A stretch of DNA of 64,000 nucleotides from Spirochaetota bacterium (GCA_050298055.1 JBNKTL010000003.1:1-64000); one strand, 5' to 3'. Numbered from the stretch's first letter, positions 33,055 to 44,021 are shown. Made by a program: numbers and translations. The notes: a model not told the origin generated them from the sequence alone.

Positions 33055-33908
33055 TTTTCAAGCATCTCATTAATTTTATCATAAAGGTCTCTTGTTTTAT
33101 CAAGAAGCTCAGTTGGCCTGGTCTTTGAAGTCTTCCCAATACCGAACAGTCTGCTCAGATACCTTTTACTTTTTTCAAAGTTTTCAATCCTCTTTTTCAT
33201 ATCAGGATCTTTTGATCCGATCTTAATGGTAAGTATTGCAGTGATATAGAGAATCCCGTCATACCCCCAGTTCTTATCGGAATCAGGACCCATATTCCCT
33301 GCAGCATCAGCAGGCTCACCACCGCTCTGAACAAGGTCTACAACTTTTAAATAGAACTGGTATGCCTTCTTATAAAAAAAGATAGATATCTTTTTATAAG
33401 GCTTATCCGGAACCTCTAATGCAAGGTCGTGAAAAAGCCATGCAGCCCTGATTGATGAAACTGCGTTTTTAAATGTTGGCGCGACCTTTCTGTTCCTTGT
33501 ACTGTAGCAGTCAACAGAAAGCATAAAGGAAGCCGCCCCGAGACGGAGGTCCCTGTCCCCGTTAAAATCGAGCCTGCCAAAAAATTTGCTTACAGCACTT
33601 TTCCGGGCGGGAGTGAGTTCCTTCAGCTTATCTATTTCCTCCGCCAGCAGAGTGTCAAAGTCTTTCGGATAAGCAGCATAGAGGCATCCGGGACAGACAG
33701 TAACAAGATATGCCAGGGGATATATTTTCCCGTATTTTTTGCTCTCCTGGTACTCTCTTCTCAGTTCATCGGTGAGTTTTCCCGCTATTAAACGGCCACC
33801 TCCGGAAAAAAGTTCTTCCCTGAAAAATTCGGTAGAACATACAGGACAGACTGTTGAATTTTTATGCCTGAAGGAAACTTTTCTTTTCCCTTCTGCCTTT
33901 TCTTCCAT
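33012..33908 (-). CDS. DUF2225-like Zn-finger protein
   Basis: CPVC...SGGGRL...YP..Y.V.VCPGCLYA; lies next to truA. Confidence 0.75.
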   Translation of the reverse strand: MEEKAEGKRKVSFRHKNSTVCPVCSTEFFREELFSGGGRLIAGKLTDELRREYQESKKYGKIYPLAYLVTVCPGCLYAAYPKDFDTLLAEEIDKLKELTPARKSAVSKFFGRLDFNGDRDLRLGAASFMLSVDCYSTRNRKVAPTFKNAVSSIRAAWLFHDLALEVPDKPYKKISIFFYKKAYQFYLKVVDLVQSGGEPADAAGNMGPDSDKNWGYDGILYITAILTIKIGSKDPDMKKRIENFEKSKRYLSRLFGIGKTSKTRPTELLDKTRDLYDKINEMLEKWTEEGEGKETGDE

Positions 33909-34179
33909 ATCAAACTCCGTATATATTGATCGTTAGAAGCAACTGCCAGCCAAGAGTGTCAGATATTTCCCTGAATATTATCCAAAGTTATCGCAACCAT
34001 ACAGTTACCGTAATATTGAACAAGACTTTATCAAACTAAAAAATAATTCAATAATCTTTTTTATTTTAAGATTATTATTTGATAAAGATCCTTAAATTTA
34101 CCGATAATTAAGTAAAGAAACCTCAATGAATTTATTTTGAGGTTCCCGTAAGATAACAGTTTTAAAACGAGGCTTAAAA

Positions 34180-35049
34180 ATGGGTAGAAGAAAATTATTG
34201 ACCCTTATCATATTTTTCTCATTTATTTTCACTACTGGTAATCTCTATTCTGTCTCTACGTATGAAAAAACCAGGATGCAGTACCGATTTATTCTTTCCA
34301 CACTGAGGCAGCTGGACACAATGGTAAAAAACTTTCCCGGAGACGGTATGAAAGAAAATTTTACTGAAATTAAGAAGAAATTTCAGTTTGCGGGAGAAGA
34401 ATATTTTGGCAGGAATTACACCTCTTCTTACGAAAAGTTTAAGACCATAAACATGGACCTTGGGAAAATACTCGAAAAACTCAGCCGGAAATATCTGGAC
34501 AGGGCAAAGGCAATACTTGACTCAACTTCGAAGGAGTCCTTTGACATACTCATAGAGTTTGGAAGAGACAGTGCATATATTCCCTATTTCAGAAAACCTT
34601 TTGATCCCCTGAGAGGTGTGAAACCCTATAATGAAAATTTCACCGCACGTGATTTTCACCTCTTCTTTCACAGGGAGATGATAAGCAGTTATATCGAATT
34701 GGGGTATAAAAACTATCATCGAGCAAACAATATGTTCAAGGACCAGGACCTCGATTACCTCAAAAAGAAGAAAGCAAAAACAATCAAAATCCTGAATTTC
34801 ATTGTACAACGATATATGGATATAATCCAGGTATGCAGGGACGCCAAACAGTACGGAATAGAGATACACAAACTCAGAAAAATTCACCAGTTTGGTGATA
34901 TTCTGACTAAATACAATCTTACAAGCAGAACACTTTCATCTATCTTTGATGACAGGATCCCTGAGGAGTATAAGGTAGATGCCATTGATAATGAAAAACT
35001 GCTCTTCCCTGTTGAAAAGGAAAAGTTCAAAAAAAATACCGGTAAATAA
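34180..35049 (+). CDS. Hypothetical exported helical protein
   Basis: 289-aa ORF with a signal peptide (RRKLLTLIIFFSFIF..LYS). Confidence 0.75.
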   Translation: MGRRKLLTLIIFFSFIFTTGNLYSVSTYEKTRMQYRFILSTLRQLDTMVKNFPGDGMKENFTEIKKKFQFAGEEYFGRNYTSSYEKFKTINMDLGKILEKLSRKYLDRAKAILDSTSKESFDILIEFGRDSAYIPYFRKPFDPLRGVKPYNENFTARDFHLFFHREMISSYIELGYKNYHRANNMFKDQDLDYLKKKKAKTIKILNFIVQRYMDIIQVCRDAKQYGIEIHKLRKIHQFGDILTKYNLTSRTLSSIFDDRIPEEYKVDAIDNEKLLFPVEKEKFKKNTGK

Positions 35050-35089
35050 AATATACCGGTATTTTAATCATTTTATGTAAATTCAAAAA

Positions 35090-35626
35090 TTATTTCTCTT
35101 CTTTCTTATCCTTTGACTTCTTTAAGCCGAAACCTTTCTTTTTTTCAGTTTTCTTTTCATCTGCTTTTTTCTCTTCGGTTTTTTTCCTGGCTTTCTTCTC
35201 GTTATCTTTGTCTTTCTTCTTTTCCTTTTCCGGTGCAACAACCCTGTCCACAAGTTCAACAATGGCCATCTCGGCAGCATCACCGGGCCTTCGACCAAGG
35301 AGATACAACCTGGTATATCCTCCATTTCTCTCTTTGAACCGGGGAGCTATATTTTCAAACAGTTTTTTTATTATGCCTCTGTCTTTAACAAGCTTCATAA
35401 CTTCTCTCTTGTTATGAAGAATCTTCTCCTTATCATTTTCCGTAAGCTCCAGGTTCTTTTTTGCCCGGGTAATGATTTTCTCCGATATCTTTTTCAGTTC
35501 TTTGCCTTTCTGCTTGGTTGTTACAATCCTTTCATGCTGGAACAGGGATGTAACCATATTGCCCATCATCGCCTTCCTGTGGGCATAGCTGCGATTCAAC
35601 TGTTTTACGCTGTTTTTGTGTCTCAT
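35090..35626 (-). CDS. rplQ: 50S ribosomal protein L17 (Lys-rich tail)
   Basis: MRH, HRKAM, RNGGYTR, RPGDAA. Confidence 0.97.
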   Translation of the reverse strand: MRHKNSVKQLNRSYAHRKAMMGNMVTSLFQHERIVTTKQKGKELKKISEKIITRAKKNLELTENDKEKILHNKREVMKLVKDRGIIKKLFENIAPRFKERNGGYTRLYLLGRRPGDAAEMAIVELVDRVVAPEKEKKKDKDNEKKARKKTEEKKADEKKTEKKKGFGLKKSKDKKEEK

Positions 35627-35636
35627 TTCCGCCTCG

Positions 35637-36602
35637 TTATTCCTTTAATCCCAGACTGAGATGTAAAGCTTCAAGCTTGGTTTTAATCTCTTTTAAGATA
35701 GTATCACTGAAGTGCTTTGACTTTCTAATTTCATCCTCGGTCTTTTTTACAAGCTGTTCAAGTGTTGAAATATCGAGACTCTTGAGTGTGTTGTAAGCCC
35801 TTACGGAGAACTCAATCTCATCAATTGATTTTCCCAGAAGCACTCTCATCTTCTCAATATTTTCATCTACAACTTCGACTTCCTCCTCAACTTCTTCCTC
35901 GAAGTTGATAAATATTGTCATGTGGTCCTTTATGATCTTTGCCGCATATGCCAGTGAATTATCAGGTGTAATGGAACCGTCTGTCCATATCTCAATAATA
36001 AGTTTATCATAGTCGGTCCTTTGACCAACACGGGTATCTTCCACCTTAATATTAACTTTCTTCACAGGTGAGAAAATTGAATCTATAGGAATAACCCCGA
36101 TTGTTTCGGTTGAAGATTTGTTCATCTCCGCGGGGACATACCCTCTTCCCTTTTCAACCTGGACTTCCATATCCAGAGAACCGTCTTCATTGAGTGTAGC
36201 AATTTTCAGGTCTTTATTCATTACTTCAATGTCCGGATCAACATCAAAATCACCGCCTATAAGATCTCCCGGACCATCTTTTACAATGTGAAGAACTTTG
36301 GGCATCTCACCTTCATATTTGAACCGAAGTTTTTTCAGGTTGAGGATAATCCTGGCAACATCCTCATAGACTCCTTCTATGGAATGAAATTCATGGGGGA
36401 CACCCTCAATTTTTATTGCTGTTATAGCAGTTCCCTCAATTGAAGAGAGAAGAACTCTTCTTATTGAGTTTCCTATTGTAAGGCCATAACCTTTCTCAAA
36501 CGGTTCAGCAATAAACCTGCCGTAATTCTGCTGAAGTTCGTCATGTTCAAGTTTTATTTTACTTGGTCTTTTAAAGCCCTTTAAAAGATTTTTTGGGGCC
36601 AT
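35637..36602 (-). CDS. rpoA: RNA polymerase alpha subunit
   Basis: EPFEKGYGLTIGNSIRRVLLSS, GRGYVPA, RVGQRTDYD. Confidence 0.98.
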   Translation of the reverse strand: MAPKNLLKGFKRPSKIKLEHDELQQNYGRFIAEPFEKGYGLTIGNSIRRVLLSSIEGTAITAIKIEGVPHEFHSIEGVYEDVARIILNLKKLRFKYEGEMPKVLHIVKDGPGDLIGGDFDVDPDIEVMNKDLKIATLNEDGSLDMEVQVEKGRGYVPAEMNKSSTETIGVIPIDSIFSPVKKVNIKVEDTRVGQRTDYDKLIIEIWTDGSITPDNSLAYAAKIIKDHMTIFINFEEEVEEEVEVVDENIEKMRVLLGKSIDEIEFSVRAYNTLKSLDISTLEQLVKKTEDEIRKSKHFSDTILKEIKTKLEALHLSLGLKE

Positions 36603-36663
36603 TGTTACCTCCGTTGGTCTATAAGACGATAAACAATATCAAATATTTAACAGATACTAACTA

Positions 36664-37296
36664 CTACTTGGAATACAACTCAACAACAAGCTGTTCATTA
36701 AAATTGGCCACTATATCACTTCTGATAGGCAACCGGGTGACTTTTCCCTGCCTGTTCTCAAAATCAACTTCAACCCATTCAGGTACTGAATCCACTGCCT
36801 TTGCCAGCTTGATTGAGTCTTCTATGGATACGTTTTCCTTAAACCTTTCCCGCAGGCTAACTTCTGTCCCTTCCTTGACCCTGAATGACGATCTGTCCAC
36901 AACATGTCCGTTAACAACTATATGCTTATGCTGAATCATCTGCCTGGCCTGCATTCTTGATGAAGCAAATCCCATTCTAAATACAACATTGTCCAGTCTT
37001 CTCTCCAGGAGTGAAAGCAGGTTATCGCCGGTTACGCCTCCCATCCTTGATGCAGTTGTGAACATGTTTTTAAACTGCTTTTCAAGGAGACCATAGCTTC
37101 TCCTGATCTTCTGTTTCTCTCTGAGCTGGATAGCATAATCTGACATTTTGCTTCTTCTCTTCCGGGGAGGCCCGGGAGGATATTTCTTCTTTCCCTTTAT
37201 AGGACATTTATCAGTAAGACATCTCTGACCCTTCAGCATCAGGGCTGTCATTTCTCTCCTGCATAATTTACACTTTGGTCCGGTATACTTAGCCAT
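36664..37296 (-). CDS. rpsD: 30S ribosomal protein S4
   Basis: YTGPKCKLCRRE, QLREKQK, LERRLDNVVFR, VVELYSK. Confidence 0.98.
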   Translation of the reverse strand: MAKYTGPKCKLCRREMTALMLKGQRCLTDKCPIKGKKKYPPGPPRKRRSKMSDYAIQLREKQKIRRSYGLLEKQFKNMFTTASRMGGVTGDNLLSLLERRLDNVVFRMGFASSRMQARQMIQHKHIVVNGHVVDRSSFRVKEGTEVSLRERFKENVSIEDSIKLAKAVDSVPEWVEVDFENRQGKVTRLPIRSDIVANFNEQLVVELYSK

Positions 37297-37311
37297 AATT
37301 ATAATACTCCG

Positions 37312-37698
37312 TTATACTCTTCTTCTCTTTTTGGGCCTGCAACCATTATGAGGGACCGGTGTTACATCCTTGATTTTTGTTATATCAAGACCACTCTGGA
37401 AAAGAGACCGTATTGCGGCTTCCCTTCCTATCCCGGGACCCTTTACAAACACCTCAACGGTTTTTAGTCCGGCACTTTCAATAGCATTTGTCGCCGCTGT
37501 TTTTGCAGCCATCTGGGCGGCAAACGGGGTCGATTTCCTCGATCCTTTAAATCCTTCACCTCCGGCAGTTGCCCACGAAATAACATTTCCCTGCATATCT
37601 GTGAGAGTAATAATAGTATTGTTATAGGTAGCTTTGATAAATGCTTTACCAATAGGAATATTCTTCTTTTCCTTTTTTCTTCCTTTCTTCTGTTTCAA
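37312..37698 (-). CDS. rpsK: 30S ribosomal protein S11
   Basis: [25 protein letters not shown]. Confidence 0.98.
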   Translation of the reverse strand: MKQKKGRKKEKKNIPIGKAFIKATYNNTIITLTDMQGNVISWATAGGEGFKGSRKSTPFAAQMAAKTAATNAIESAGLKTVEVFVKGPGIGREAAIRSLFQSGLDITKIKDVTPVPHNGCRPKKRRRV

Positions 37699-37715
37699 GA
37701 TATTACTCCTTCCTG

Positions 37716-38087
37716 TTATTTCTTCTTTTTGCCCACGGCAATTCTTCTATTACCTTTTCTCGTTCTGGCATTGTTCTTGGTGTTCTGTCCTCTCACGGGC
37801 AGTCCCCTCCTATGCCTGATGCCCCTGTAACATCCTATATCCATGAGCCTTTTTATGTTCATAGCCACGTCAGTTCTCAGTTCACCTTCAACCTTGAGGT
37901 CACTTTCGATAGTCTTTCTCAACAGACTGATCTCCTCATCAGTGAGATCCTTCACCCTGGTTGACGGATTGACTTTTGATTCAACAACAACTTTTTTCGC
38001 TGTTGTGCGACCAATCCCATAGATATAAGTAAGAGCAATTTCTACTCTTTTATTAGCCGGTAAATCTACACCTGCAATTCGTGCCAT
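37716..38087 (-). CDS. rpsM: 30S ribosomal protein S13
   Basis: [27 protein letters not shown]. Confidence 0.98.
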   Translation of the reverse strand: MARIAGVDLPANKRVEIALTYIYGIGRTTAKKVVVESKVNPSTRVKDLTDEEISLLRKTIESDLKVEGELRTDVAMNIKRLMDIGCYRGIRHRRGLPVRGQNTKNNARTRKGNRRIAVGKKKK

Positions 38088-38101
38088 ACGTCCCTCTGCT
38101 A

Positions 38102-38233
38102 TTATTTATTTGGTGTTCTGACTTTTTGTCTCTGCTTATGCCTCGGGTTCTTGCAGATTACTCTCAGAACCCCGTAACGTCTAATGACCTTACAATCACT
38201 GCATATTTTCTTTACGGATACCCTGACCTTCAT
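38102..38233 (-). CDS. rpmJ: 50S ribosomal protein L36 (43 aa; absent from the ORF track)
   Basis: Manual translation: [43 protein letters not shown]; lies between infA and rpsM. Confidence 0.96.
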   Translation of the reverse strand: MKVRVSVKKICSDCKVIRRYGVLRVICKNPRHKQRQKVRTPNK

Positions 38234-38307
38234 TTCAACTACCTCATTAATTCCTGTTACGTCTTTTATTTATCCTTAATACATTTCAACAACAGATACT
38301 CAATGTG

Positions 38308-38526
38308 TCATTTTGACCTGTAAGTAATCCTTCCCCTGTTCAGGTCATAGGGGGAAAGCTCAACTGTTACCCTGTCGCCGGCAAGTATTCTTATATAGTG
38401 CATTCTCATCTTGCCTGAAATATGAGCAAGAACAACATGCCCGTTATCCAGTTTAACTTTAAACTGCGCATTGGGCAGCGGTTCAAGGACTACGCCTTCG
38501 GCTTCTATCGGTTCTTCTTTCGCCAT
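38308..38526 (-). CDS. infA: Translation initiation factor IF-1
   Basis: [30 protein letters not shown]. Confidence 0.98.
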   Translation of the reverse strand: MAKEEPIEAEGVVLEPLPNAQFKVKLDNGHVVLAHISGKMRMHYIRILAGDRVTVELSPYDLNRGRITYRSK

Positions 38527-38563
38527 TATTAATCTCTATTGAACTTTATTCTTAATCCAGTAA

Positions 38564-39901
38564 TTAGTTTCGTCCCTTCATGGGGGTTTTTTTCATAAAA
38601 CCTTCATAGTGCCTCATAATCAGCTGGGACTCAATCTGTTTCAGTGTATCAAGGGCCACACCTACTATAATCAACAGTGAGGTACCTCCGAAGAGGTAAG
38701 CCATTTCAGCCGACACCTGTTCAGGCCAAATTCTTATTATTATATCAGGAACAATGGCTATCAGGGCCAGGAAAACGGAACCCGAGAGAGTGATCCTGTT
38801 CAGTATCTTTGTTATATAATCAGTTGTATTCTGTCCCGGTCTTATCCCGGGGATAAATCCGCCGTATTTTTTCAGGTTATCCGATATTTCCGTGGGATTA
38901 AACCTGATTGCAGTATAAAAGAAACAGAAAAATATAATAAGAGCACTGTAAATCGCCATGTAAGGTATCTGTCCCGGTGAAAGCCAGTACCGTATCTTGT
39001 TCAGCCACTCATATGTGCTTCCCCCGATCATGTTTATCATCTGAGAAGGAAACATGATAAGCGCCGAAGCAAAGATAATAGGTATAACACCTGCGGCATT
39101 TACCTTCAGCGGAATATACTGCGAACTCTGCTGAGTGAGAGTACTTCCCACCTGTCTCTTCCCGTATTGTACCGGGATTCTCCTTGTCCCCAGGGTCAGG
39201 ATGATCGATGCCGCCACAACCATGAGAAATATTCCGATAAGGATAATCCCCACTATGGGCTCTCCCGTATCGCCTATCTTTTTCATAGTGGCCATAAACG
39301 CCTGGGGGACCCTGACTACGATACCCGCAAAGATCAGAAGTGATATTCCGTTTCCTATACCTCTTTCTGTGATAATCTCACCAAACCACATAAGTACCAT
39401 GGTTCCGGTGGTAATTGCCACTACAGATACAATGACAAAACCGATACCGGCACCCTCGGGAACAACTGTGGCCCCGCCGCTGGTCCTCATGGACTTCATC
39501 CAGGCAGTCAATGCTGTTGATTGGACAACACAGAGAAGGACTGTACCGTACTTTGTATACTGGCTCAGCTTTTTCTGGCCCTCGTGTCCTTCCTTGGAAA
39601 GCCTCTCAAGAAAGGGAAACACAACCTTTAAAAGATCAAGAATAATCGACGCTGAAATATAGGGCATAATACCCAGTGCGAATATGGTAAATCTCTTCAG
39701 CGCACCACCGGAAAAGAGGTCAAAAAAGTCCATAATACCTGAACTCTGGGCCTCGGAAAAATAGTTTTTAAGCGCGATCACATTGATACCGGGAATCGGT
39801 ATATGCGCCCCAATCCTGTAAACAATAAGGATAAAGAATGTAAACAGTATCCTGTTCCTGAGTTCAGTGACTTTAAATATATTTACAATGACACTGGCCA
39901 T
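38564..39901 (-). CDS. secY: Preprotein translocase SecY
   Basis: ALGIMPYISASI, GIGNGISL, FIPGIRPG, GGTSLLI. Confidence 0.98.
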   Translation of the reverse strand: MASVIVNIFKVTELRNRILFTFFILIVYRIGAHIPIPGINVIALKNYFSEAQSSGIMDFFDLFSGGALKRFTIFALGIMPYISASIILDLLKVVFPFLERLSKEGHEGQKKLSQYTKYGTVLLCVVQSTALTAWMKSMRTSGGATVVPEGAGIGFVIVSVVAITTGTMVLMWFGEIITERGIGNGISLLIFAGIVVRVPQAFMATMKKIGDTGEPIVGIILIGIFLMVVAASIILTLGTRRIPVQYGKRQVGSTLTQQSSQYIPLKVNAAGVIPIIFASALIMFPSQMINMIGGSTYEWLNKIRYWLSPGQIPYMAIYSALIIFFCFFYTAIRFNPTEISDNLKKYGGFIPGIRPGQNTTDYITKILNRITLSGSVFLALIAIVPDIIIRIWPEQVSAEMAYLFGGTSLLIIVGVALDTLKQIESQLIMRHYEGFMKKTPMKGRN

Positions 39902-39910
39902 TCAGTTACC

Positions 39911-40390
39911 TTAGCCTTTTGTTTCAGCTGCTGCAGCGGGTTTTTTCACAGGATGTTTTCGGACGATCGCCTCTCCGCCGGCTTTTTTTATCTTTTCAAT
40001 TGCCGATTGTGAAAATGAATCAGCATAAACCTTGAAAGCCTTACTGAGATCACCGTTACCCAGGACTTTGACCATCATGTCAGTCTTCTTAATAAGCCCG
40101 CTCTTCTTCAGAGCAGAGTGGTCGATATCTCCCGCCTGAAGTTTCTCAAGCTGAGATACATTGACAACCTGGCAATCACTTTTAAAAATATTGTTAAAAC
40201 CTCTTTTCGGAACACGCCTCTGGAGGGGCATCTGTCCCCCTTCAAACCACGATCTCTTTTTGCTTCCGGAACGGCTTAACTGCCCGTTCATGCCGCGTCC
40301 ACATGTTTTCCCTTTTCCGCTGCCGGGTCCGCATCCGACTCTTTTTCTTCTTTTTATCGACTCAGGTTTTTTTAGCTGGTACCTTTCCAT
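39911..40390 (-). CDS. rplO: 50S ribosomal protein L15
   Basis: GSGKGKTCGRG, FEGGQMPL.RR.PKRGF. Confidence 0.97.
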   Translation of the reverse strand: MERYQLKKPESIKRRKRVGCGPGSGKGKTCGRGMNGQLSRSGSKKRSWFEGGQMPLQRRVPKRGFNNIFKSDCQVVNVSQLEKLQAGDIDHSALKKSGLIKKTDMMVKVLGNGDLSKAFKVYADSFSQSAIEKIKKAGGEAIVRKHPVKKPAAAAETKG

Positions 40391-40401
40391 TTCAATTCTC
40401 T

Positions 40402-40626
40402 CTATTTACTTTTTTCTTCTGTCTTCTTGCTTTTTGCTTTAGTACTTGCTTCTTTAACTTCAACAAGGTGCTTCACTTTATCTATCATTCCCCTGATTAC
40501 AGGGTTATCATCATGTATCCTCACAGCATTTATTTTTCTTAAGCCCAGTGCCCTCATTGTAGCCCTCTGGTTCGGTTTGCTGCTGATAACGCTTTTAACC
40601 TGTTTTACCTGAATTTTTTTACTCAT
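40402..40626 (-). CDS. rpmD: 50S ribosomal protein L30
   Basis: KSVI, ALGLRKIN, IRGMI.KV.HLV. Confidence 0.95.
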   Translation of the reverse strand: MSKKIQVKQVKSVISSKPNQRATMRALGLRKINAVRIHDDNPVIRGMIDKVKHLVEVKEASTKAKSKKTEEKSK

Positions 40627-40640
40627 GTTAAATTACCCGG

Positions 40641-41153
40641 TTATCCCCATAGTTTTGATAATGAAACGTCCCGAAGCCTTGATGCCTCCTCAAGGCTCCT
40701 CAGCTGAAGCAACCCGTCCATTGTTGCCTTTACCAGGTTCACGGGATTTCTTGAACCCTGTGATTTTGTCAGGACATCCGATATTCCCACTCTTTCGCAT
40801 ACTGCCCTTACTGAAGTTCCGGCAATGATCCCTGTTCCCGGAGCAGCAGGTTTAAGCATGACCCGGGCTGATTTATACCGTCCGATAACAAAGTGGGGAA
40901 TAGTTGATTTTTTCAGGTTTATCTTATAGACGTTCTTTTTGGCATCTTCCTTACTCTTGTCTATAGCATCGGGAACTTCATTTGCTTTTCCGAAACCAAC
41001 GCCAACATGCCCGTTTGCATCGCCAATTACCGCAAGGGCATTAAAAGAAAATCTTCTTCCACCCTTTACAACCTTGGCAACCCTGTTGATCTTTACTATC
41101 TTCTCAACAAGTTCAATGCCATCTGTGTTCGCTTTTTTTCTCAATAATTTCAT
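40641..41153 (-). CDS. rpsE: 30S ribosomal protein S5
   Basis: [26 protein letters not shown]. Confidence 0.98.
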   Translation of the reverse strand: MKLLRKKANTDGIELVEKIVKINRVAKVVKGGRRFSFNALAVIGDANGHVGVGFGKANEVPDAIDKSKEDAKKNVYKINLKKSTIPHFVIGRYKSARVMLKPAAPGTGIIAGTSVRAVCERVGISDVLTKSQGSRNPVNLVKATMDGLLQLRSLEEASRLRDVSLSKLWG

Positions 41154-41166
41154 CTGATAAAAACTC

Positions 41167-41532
41167 CTAAAATTTCAAACCGTTTTCCCGGGCAGCATCA
41201 GCAAATGCCTTTATCTTCCCGTGGTAGAGGTATCCGTTCCTGTCAAATACCACTTCGCTTATTCCCTTTTCGAGAGCTTTTTCGGCAATTGCCTTCCCGA
41301 GTTTTTTGGCAGCTTCGACATTTCCCCTGTTCTTCATCTCCTTAAAATCGGAAGACCGGGTAGATAATCCAACAAGAGTTTTTCCCTCAAGATCATCAAT
41401 GATCTGCGCATAAAAATTTTTATTGCTCCGGGAGATACAGAGTCTCCGCCTGTGTGTTTTGGGAACGATGCTCTTTTTAATTCTCAGCTTTCTTTTGCGA
41501 GTTCTGATTTTTTTGACTGATGCTTTATTCAT
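41167..41532 (-). CDS. rplR: 50S ribosomal protein L18
   Basis: [32 protein letters not shown]. Confidence 0.97.
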   Translation of the reverse strand: MNKASVKKIRTRKRKLRIKKSIVPKTHRRRLCISRSNKNFYAQIIDDLEGKTLVGLSTRSSDFKEMKNRGNVEAAKKLGKAIAEKALEKGISEVVFDRNGYLYHGKIKAFADAARENGLKF

Positions 41533-41534
41533 TT

Positions 41535-42080
41535 CTACTTACCTGCTTTACCGGCTTTTTTCCTGACATACTCATCTTTATACCTGATTCCTTTACCTTT
41601 GTAAGGTTCCGGCGGTCTCAGTTTTCTGATGTTGGCCGCGACCTGTCCAACCTGCTGCTTATTATAACCTTTAACTTTTACCTTGGTCTGATCAACAACT
41701 TCCAGGGTAATCCCTTCCGGCGCCTCAAAGATTATATCATGTGAATACCCCAGTTGGAATTGAATATTGGCATTCTGCTGGTTTGCCCTGTATCCTACAC
41801 CGATAATCTCCAGTTCCTTTTCAAAACCTGTGGTAACTCCCGTTACCATGTTGCTTATCAGTGACCTGAAAAGACCGTAATAACCGTTTATTGTCTTATC
41901 AGTGCTGTTTTCATCCTCTTTAAGGACCCTGATGCTCTTATCGTCTTTAACTGCATTAATACCATCAATCACTTCCAGGCTGTCTTCACCCAGAGGACCT
42001 TTTACAGATACAGTCTTCCCGTTGATTTCAACATTTACCTTATCAGGTATATCAATTGGTTTTTTTCCAATTCTCGACAT
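41535..42080 (-). CDS. rplF: 50S ribosomal protein L6
   Basis: MSRIGKKP, GVGYRA, PEPYKGKG. Confidence 0.98.
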   Translation of the reverse strand: MSRIGKKPIDIPDKVNVEINGKTVSVKGPLGEDSLEVIDGINAVKDDKSIRVLKEDENSTDKTINGYYGLFRSLISNMVTGVTTGFEKELEIIGVGYRANQQNANIQFQLGYSHDIIFEAPEGITLEVVDQTKVKVKGYNKQQVGQVAANIRKLRPPEPYKGKGIRYKDEYVRKKAGKAGK

Positions 42081-42099
42081 AATATAACACTCTTACACT

Positions 42100-42501
42100 T
42101 TATGAAATTTCACATAATACTTCGCCGCCAACATTTAACTGTTTGGCAGCCTTATTCGTAATCAACCCCTTTGAAGTTGACAGGATCCGGATCCCGATAT
42201 TGTTTAAGACCGGCTTAAGGTCCTCGGACTTGATATAGATTCTTCTTCCGGGCTTGCTGATTCGTTTCAGATTCTGTATAGAAGGCTCATTAGCGCTGCT
42301 ATACTTTAAATATATTCTCAAAAGCTTCTGCCTGTTTGAATCGATAACTTTGAAATTCTTGATAAAACCCTCATCCTTGAGGATCTTGGTGATTCCCACC
42401 TTCATCTTGGATGACGGGATATCAACTTTAACATGACCTGCTTTTATAGCATTTCTGATTCTCGTAAGCATGTCAGCAATAGGATCGTTTATTCCGCTCA
42501 T
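42100..42501 (-). CDS. rpsH: 30S ribosomal protein S8
   Basis: DPIADMLTRIRNA, SKPGRR, STSKG, GGEVLC. Confidence 0.98.
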   Translation of the reverse strand: MSGINDPIADMLTRIRNAIKAGHVKVDIPSSKMKVGITKILKDEGFIKNFKVIDSNRQKLLRIYLKYSSANEPSIQNLKRISKPGRRIYIKSEDLKPVLNNIGIRILSTSKGLITNKAAKQLNVGGEVLCEIS

Positions 42502-42526
42502 TTTATAATACCTGTCAATTCATGTT

Positions 42527-42712
42527 TTACCAGGATGATTTCACTACACCCGGGAGTTTACCTTCACTTGCCAGATCCCTGAAACAGATCCGACACATCT
42601 CAAACCTTCTCAAATAGCCTCTGGGCCTTCCGCAGATCCTGCACCTGTTGTAATTCCTTACATCAAATTTACTTCCGCGCCTGCTTTTTGCTATCATACT
42701 TTTTTTAGCCAA
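42527..42712 (-). CDS. rpsN: 30S ribosomal protein S14 (Zn-binding type)
   Basis: [10 protein letters not shown]...CRICFR...[11 protein letters not shown] start. Confidence 0.97.
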   Translation of the reverse strand: MAKKSMIAKSRRGSKFDVRNYNRCRICGRPRGYLRRFEMCRICFRDLASEGKLPGVVKSSW

Positions 42713-42722
42713 AGTCTCTCTC

Positions 42723-43265
42723 CTAATCTCTAAATGGCATTTTAAATTCTTTTAACAGCGCCAGTGCCTCTTCCTTATTTTTCGCTGTAGTAACAATGGT
42801 AATGTTGATACCATGAATTTTATCAACCTTGTCAAAATTTATCTCCGGGAATATAATCTGCTCTTTAACAGAGAAGTTGTAATTCCCAAAATTATCAAAG
42901 GATTTTGGTGATAAGCCTTTGAAGTCCCTCACACGGGGAAGGGCCACATTTATCAATCTCTCGATAAATTCATACGACTTATCGCCCCTCAGTGTTACCC
43001 TGCATCCAACATCGTACCCGTCCCTGATCTTGAAGTTCGCGATGGATTTCTTTGATACGGTCTTAACTGCCTTCTGCCCGCTAATGGAAGAAAGGGTGTC
43101 AATAGCAGAATTTAAAGCTGCTGTATTTGAATGCGCATCACCCATTCCCACATTCAGGACCACTTTCTCAAGTTTCGGGACCTGCATAACAGATTTAAAC
43201 TTGAACTGGTCCATCAGTTTCTGTTTTATATTTTTGTTATAATCTTCTTTTAATCGTGCACCCAT
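42723..43265 (-). CDS. rplE: 50S ribosomal protein L5
   Basis: [32 protein letters not shown]. Confidence 0.97.
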   Translation of the reverse strand: MGARLKEDYNKNIKQKLMDQFKFKSVMQVPKLEKVVLNVGMGDAHSNTAALNSAIDTLSSISGQKAVKTVSKKSIANFKIRDGYDVGCRVTLRGDKSYEFIERLINVALPRVRDFKGLSPKSFDNFGNYNFSVKEQIIFPEINFDKVDKIHGINITIVTTAKNKEEALALLKEFKMPFRD

Positions 43266-43279
43266 TTCAAATACCTTTC

Positions 43280-43612
43280 CTAGGAAATGCTCTTCCCGCA
43301 TTTCTTACATACTCTGTTCTTTGACTTATCAGTCACACTTACTGACAGCCTTACGCCTTTTTTACATTTATCACAGAAATAGAGAACATTAGAGATGTTG
43401 ACAGGCCTCTCTATTGTCATTATTCCGCCTTTAGGGTTGTCCTGGTTCGGCTTCATGGCCTTGTGCTTCTTGTTTATTCCTTCAACCACAATACGTCCTC
43501 TTGACTGGTCGATATAGAGGACTTTTCCTCTTTTCCCACTGTCAGCACCCTGTATGACAATTACGTTATCATTAACTTTCAATCGTGTTTTAACGTTTTT
43601 ACTCTTCATCAT
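43280..43612 (-). CDS. rplX: 50S ribosomal protein L24
   Basis: KOW motif V.VIQG.D.GK.G, VEGIN, GGI...E. Confidence 0.95.
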   Translation of the reverse strand: MMKSKNVKTRLKVNDNVIVIQGADSGKRGKVLYIDQSRGRIVVEGINKKHKAMKPNQDNPKGGIMTIERPVNISNVLYFCDKCKKGVRLSVSVTDKSKNRVCKKCGKSIS

Positions 43613-43628
43613 CTATCCTCTTATACTT

Positions 43629-44021
43629 CTAAAGCACTTCAGGAGCCAGTGAAACAATCTTAATAAAGTTCTTGTCTCTCAATTCCCTGGCAACAGGGCC
43701 GAAGATCCTGGTGCCGGTAGGCTCATTCTTGGCATCAATAATTGCAACTGCATTGTTGTCAAACCTGATATATGACCCGTCTTTTCGTCTCACCGGCTTC
43801 TTTGTTCTTACCACAACAGCCCGTAATACGGCCTTGCCGTGAACCTTTTTACCGGTAGAATCCTTTAGCCCGTAAGAAGGCTGTGAATCCTTAACAGCTA
43901 CAACAATAATATCACCTACGGTCGCATATCTCCTCTTGGACCCGCCCAGGATCTTTATGCACTGGACTTTTTTAACACCGCTGTTATCAGCAACATCAAG
44001 CATTGTCTGAACTTGGATCAT
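43629..44021 (-). CDS. rplN: 50S ribosomal protein L14
   Basis: [26 protein letters not shown]; internal insertion [12 protein letters not shown]. Confidence 0.98.
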   Translation of the reverse strand: MIQVQTMLDVADNSGVKKVQCIKILGGSKRRYATVGDIIVVAVKDSQPSYGLKDSTGKKVHGKAVLRAVVVRTKKPVRRKDGSYIRFDNNAVAIIDAKNEPTGTRIFGPVARELRDKNFIKIVSLAPEVL

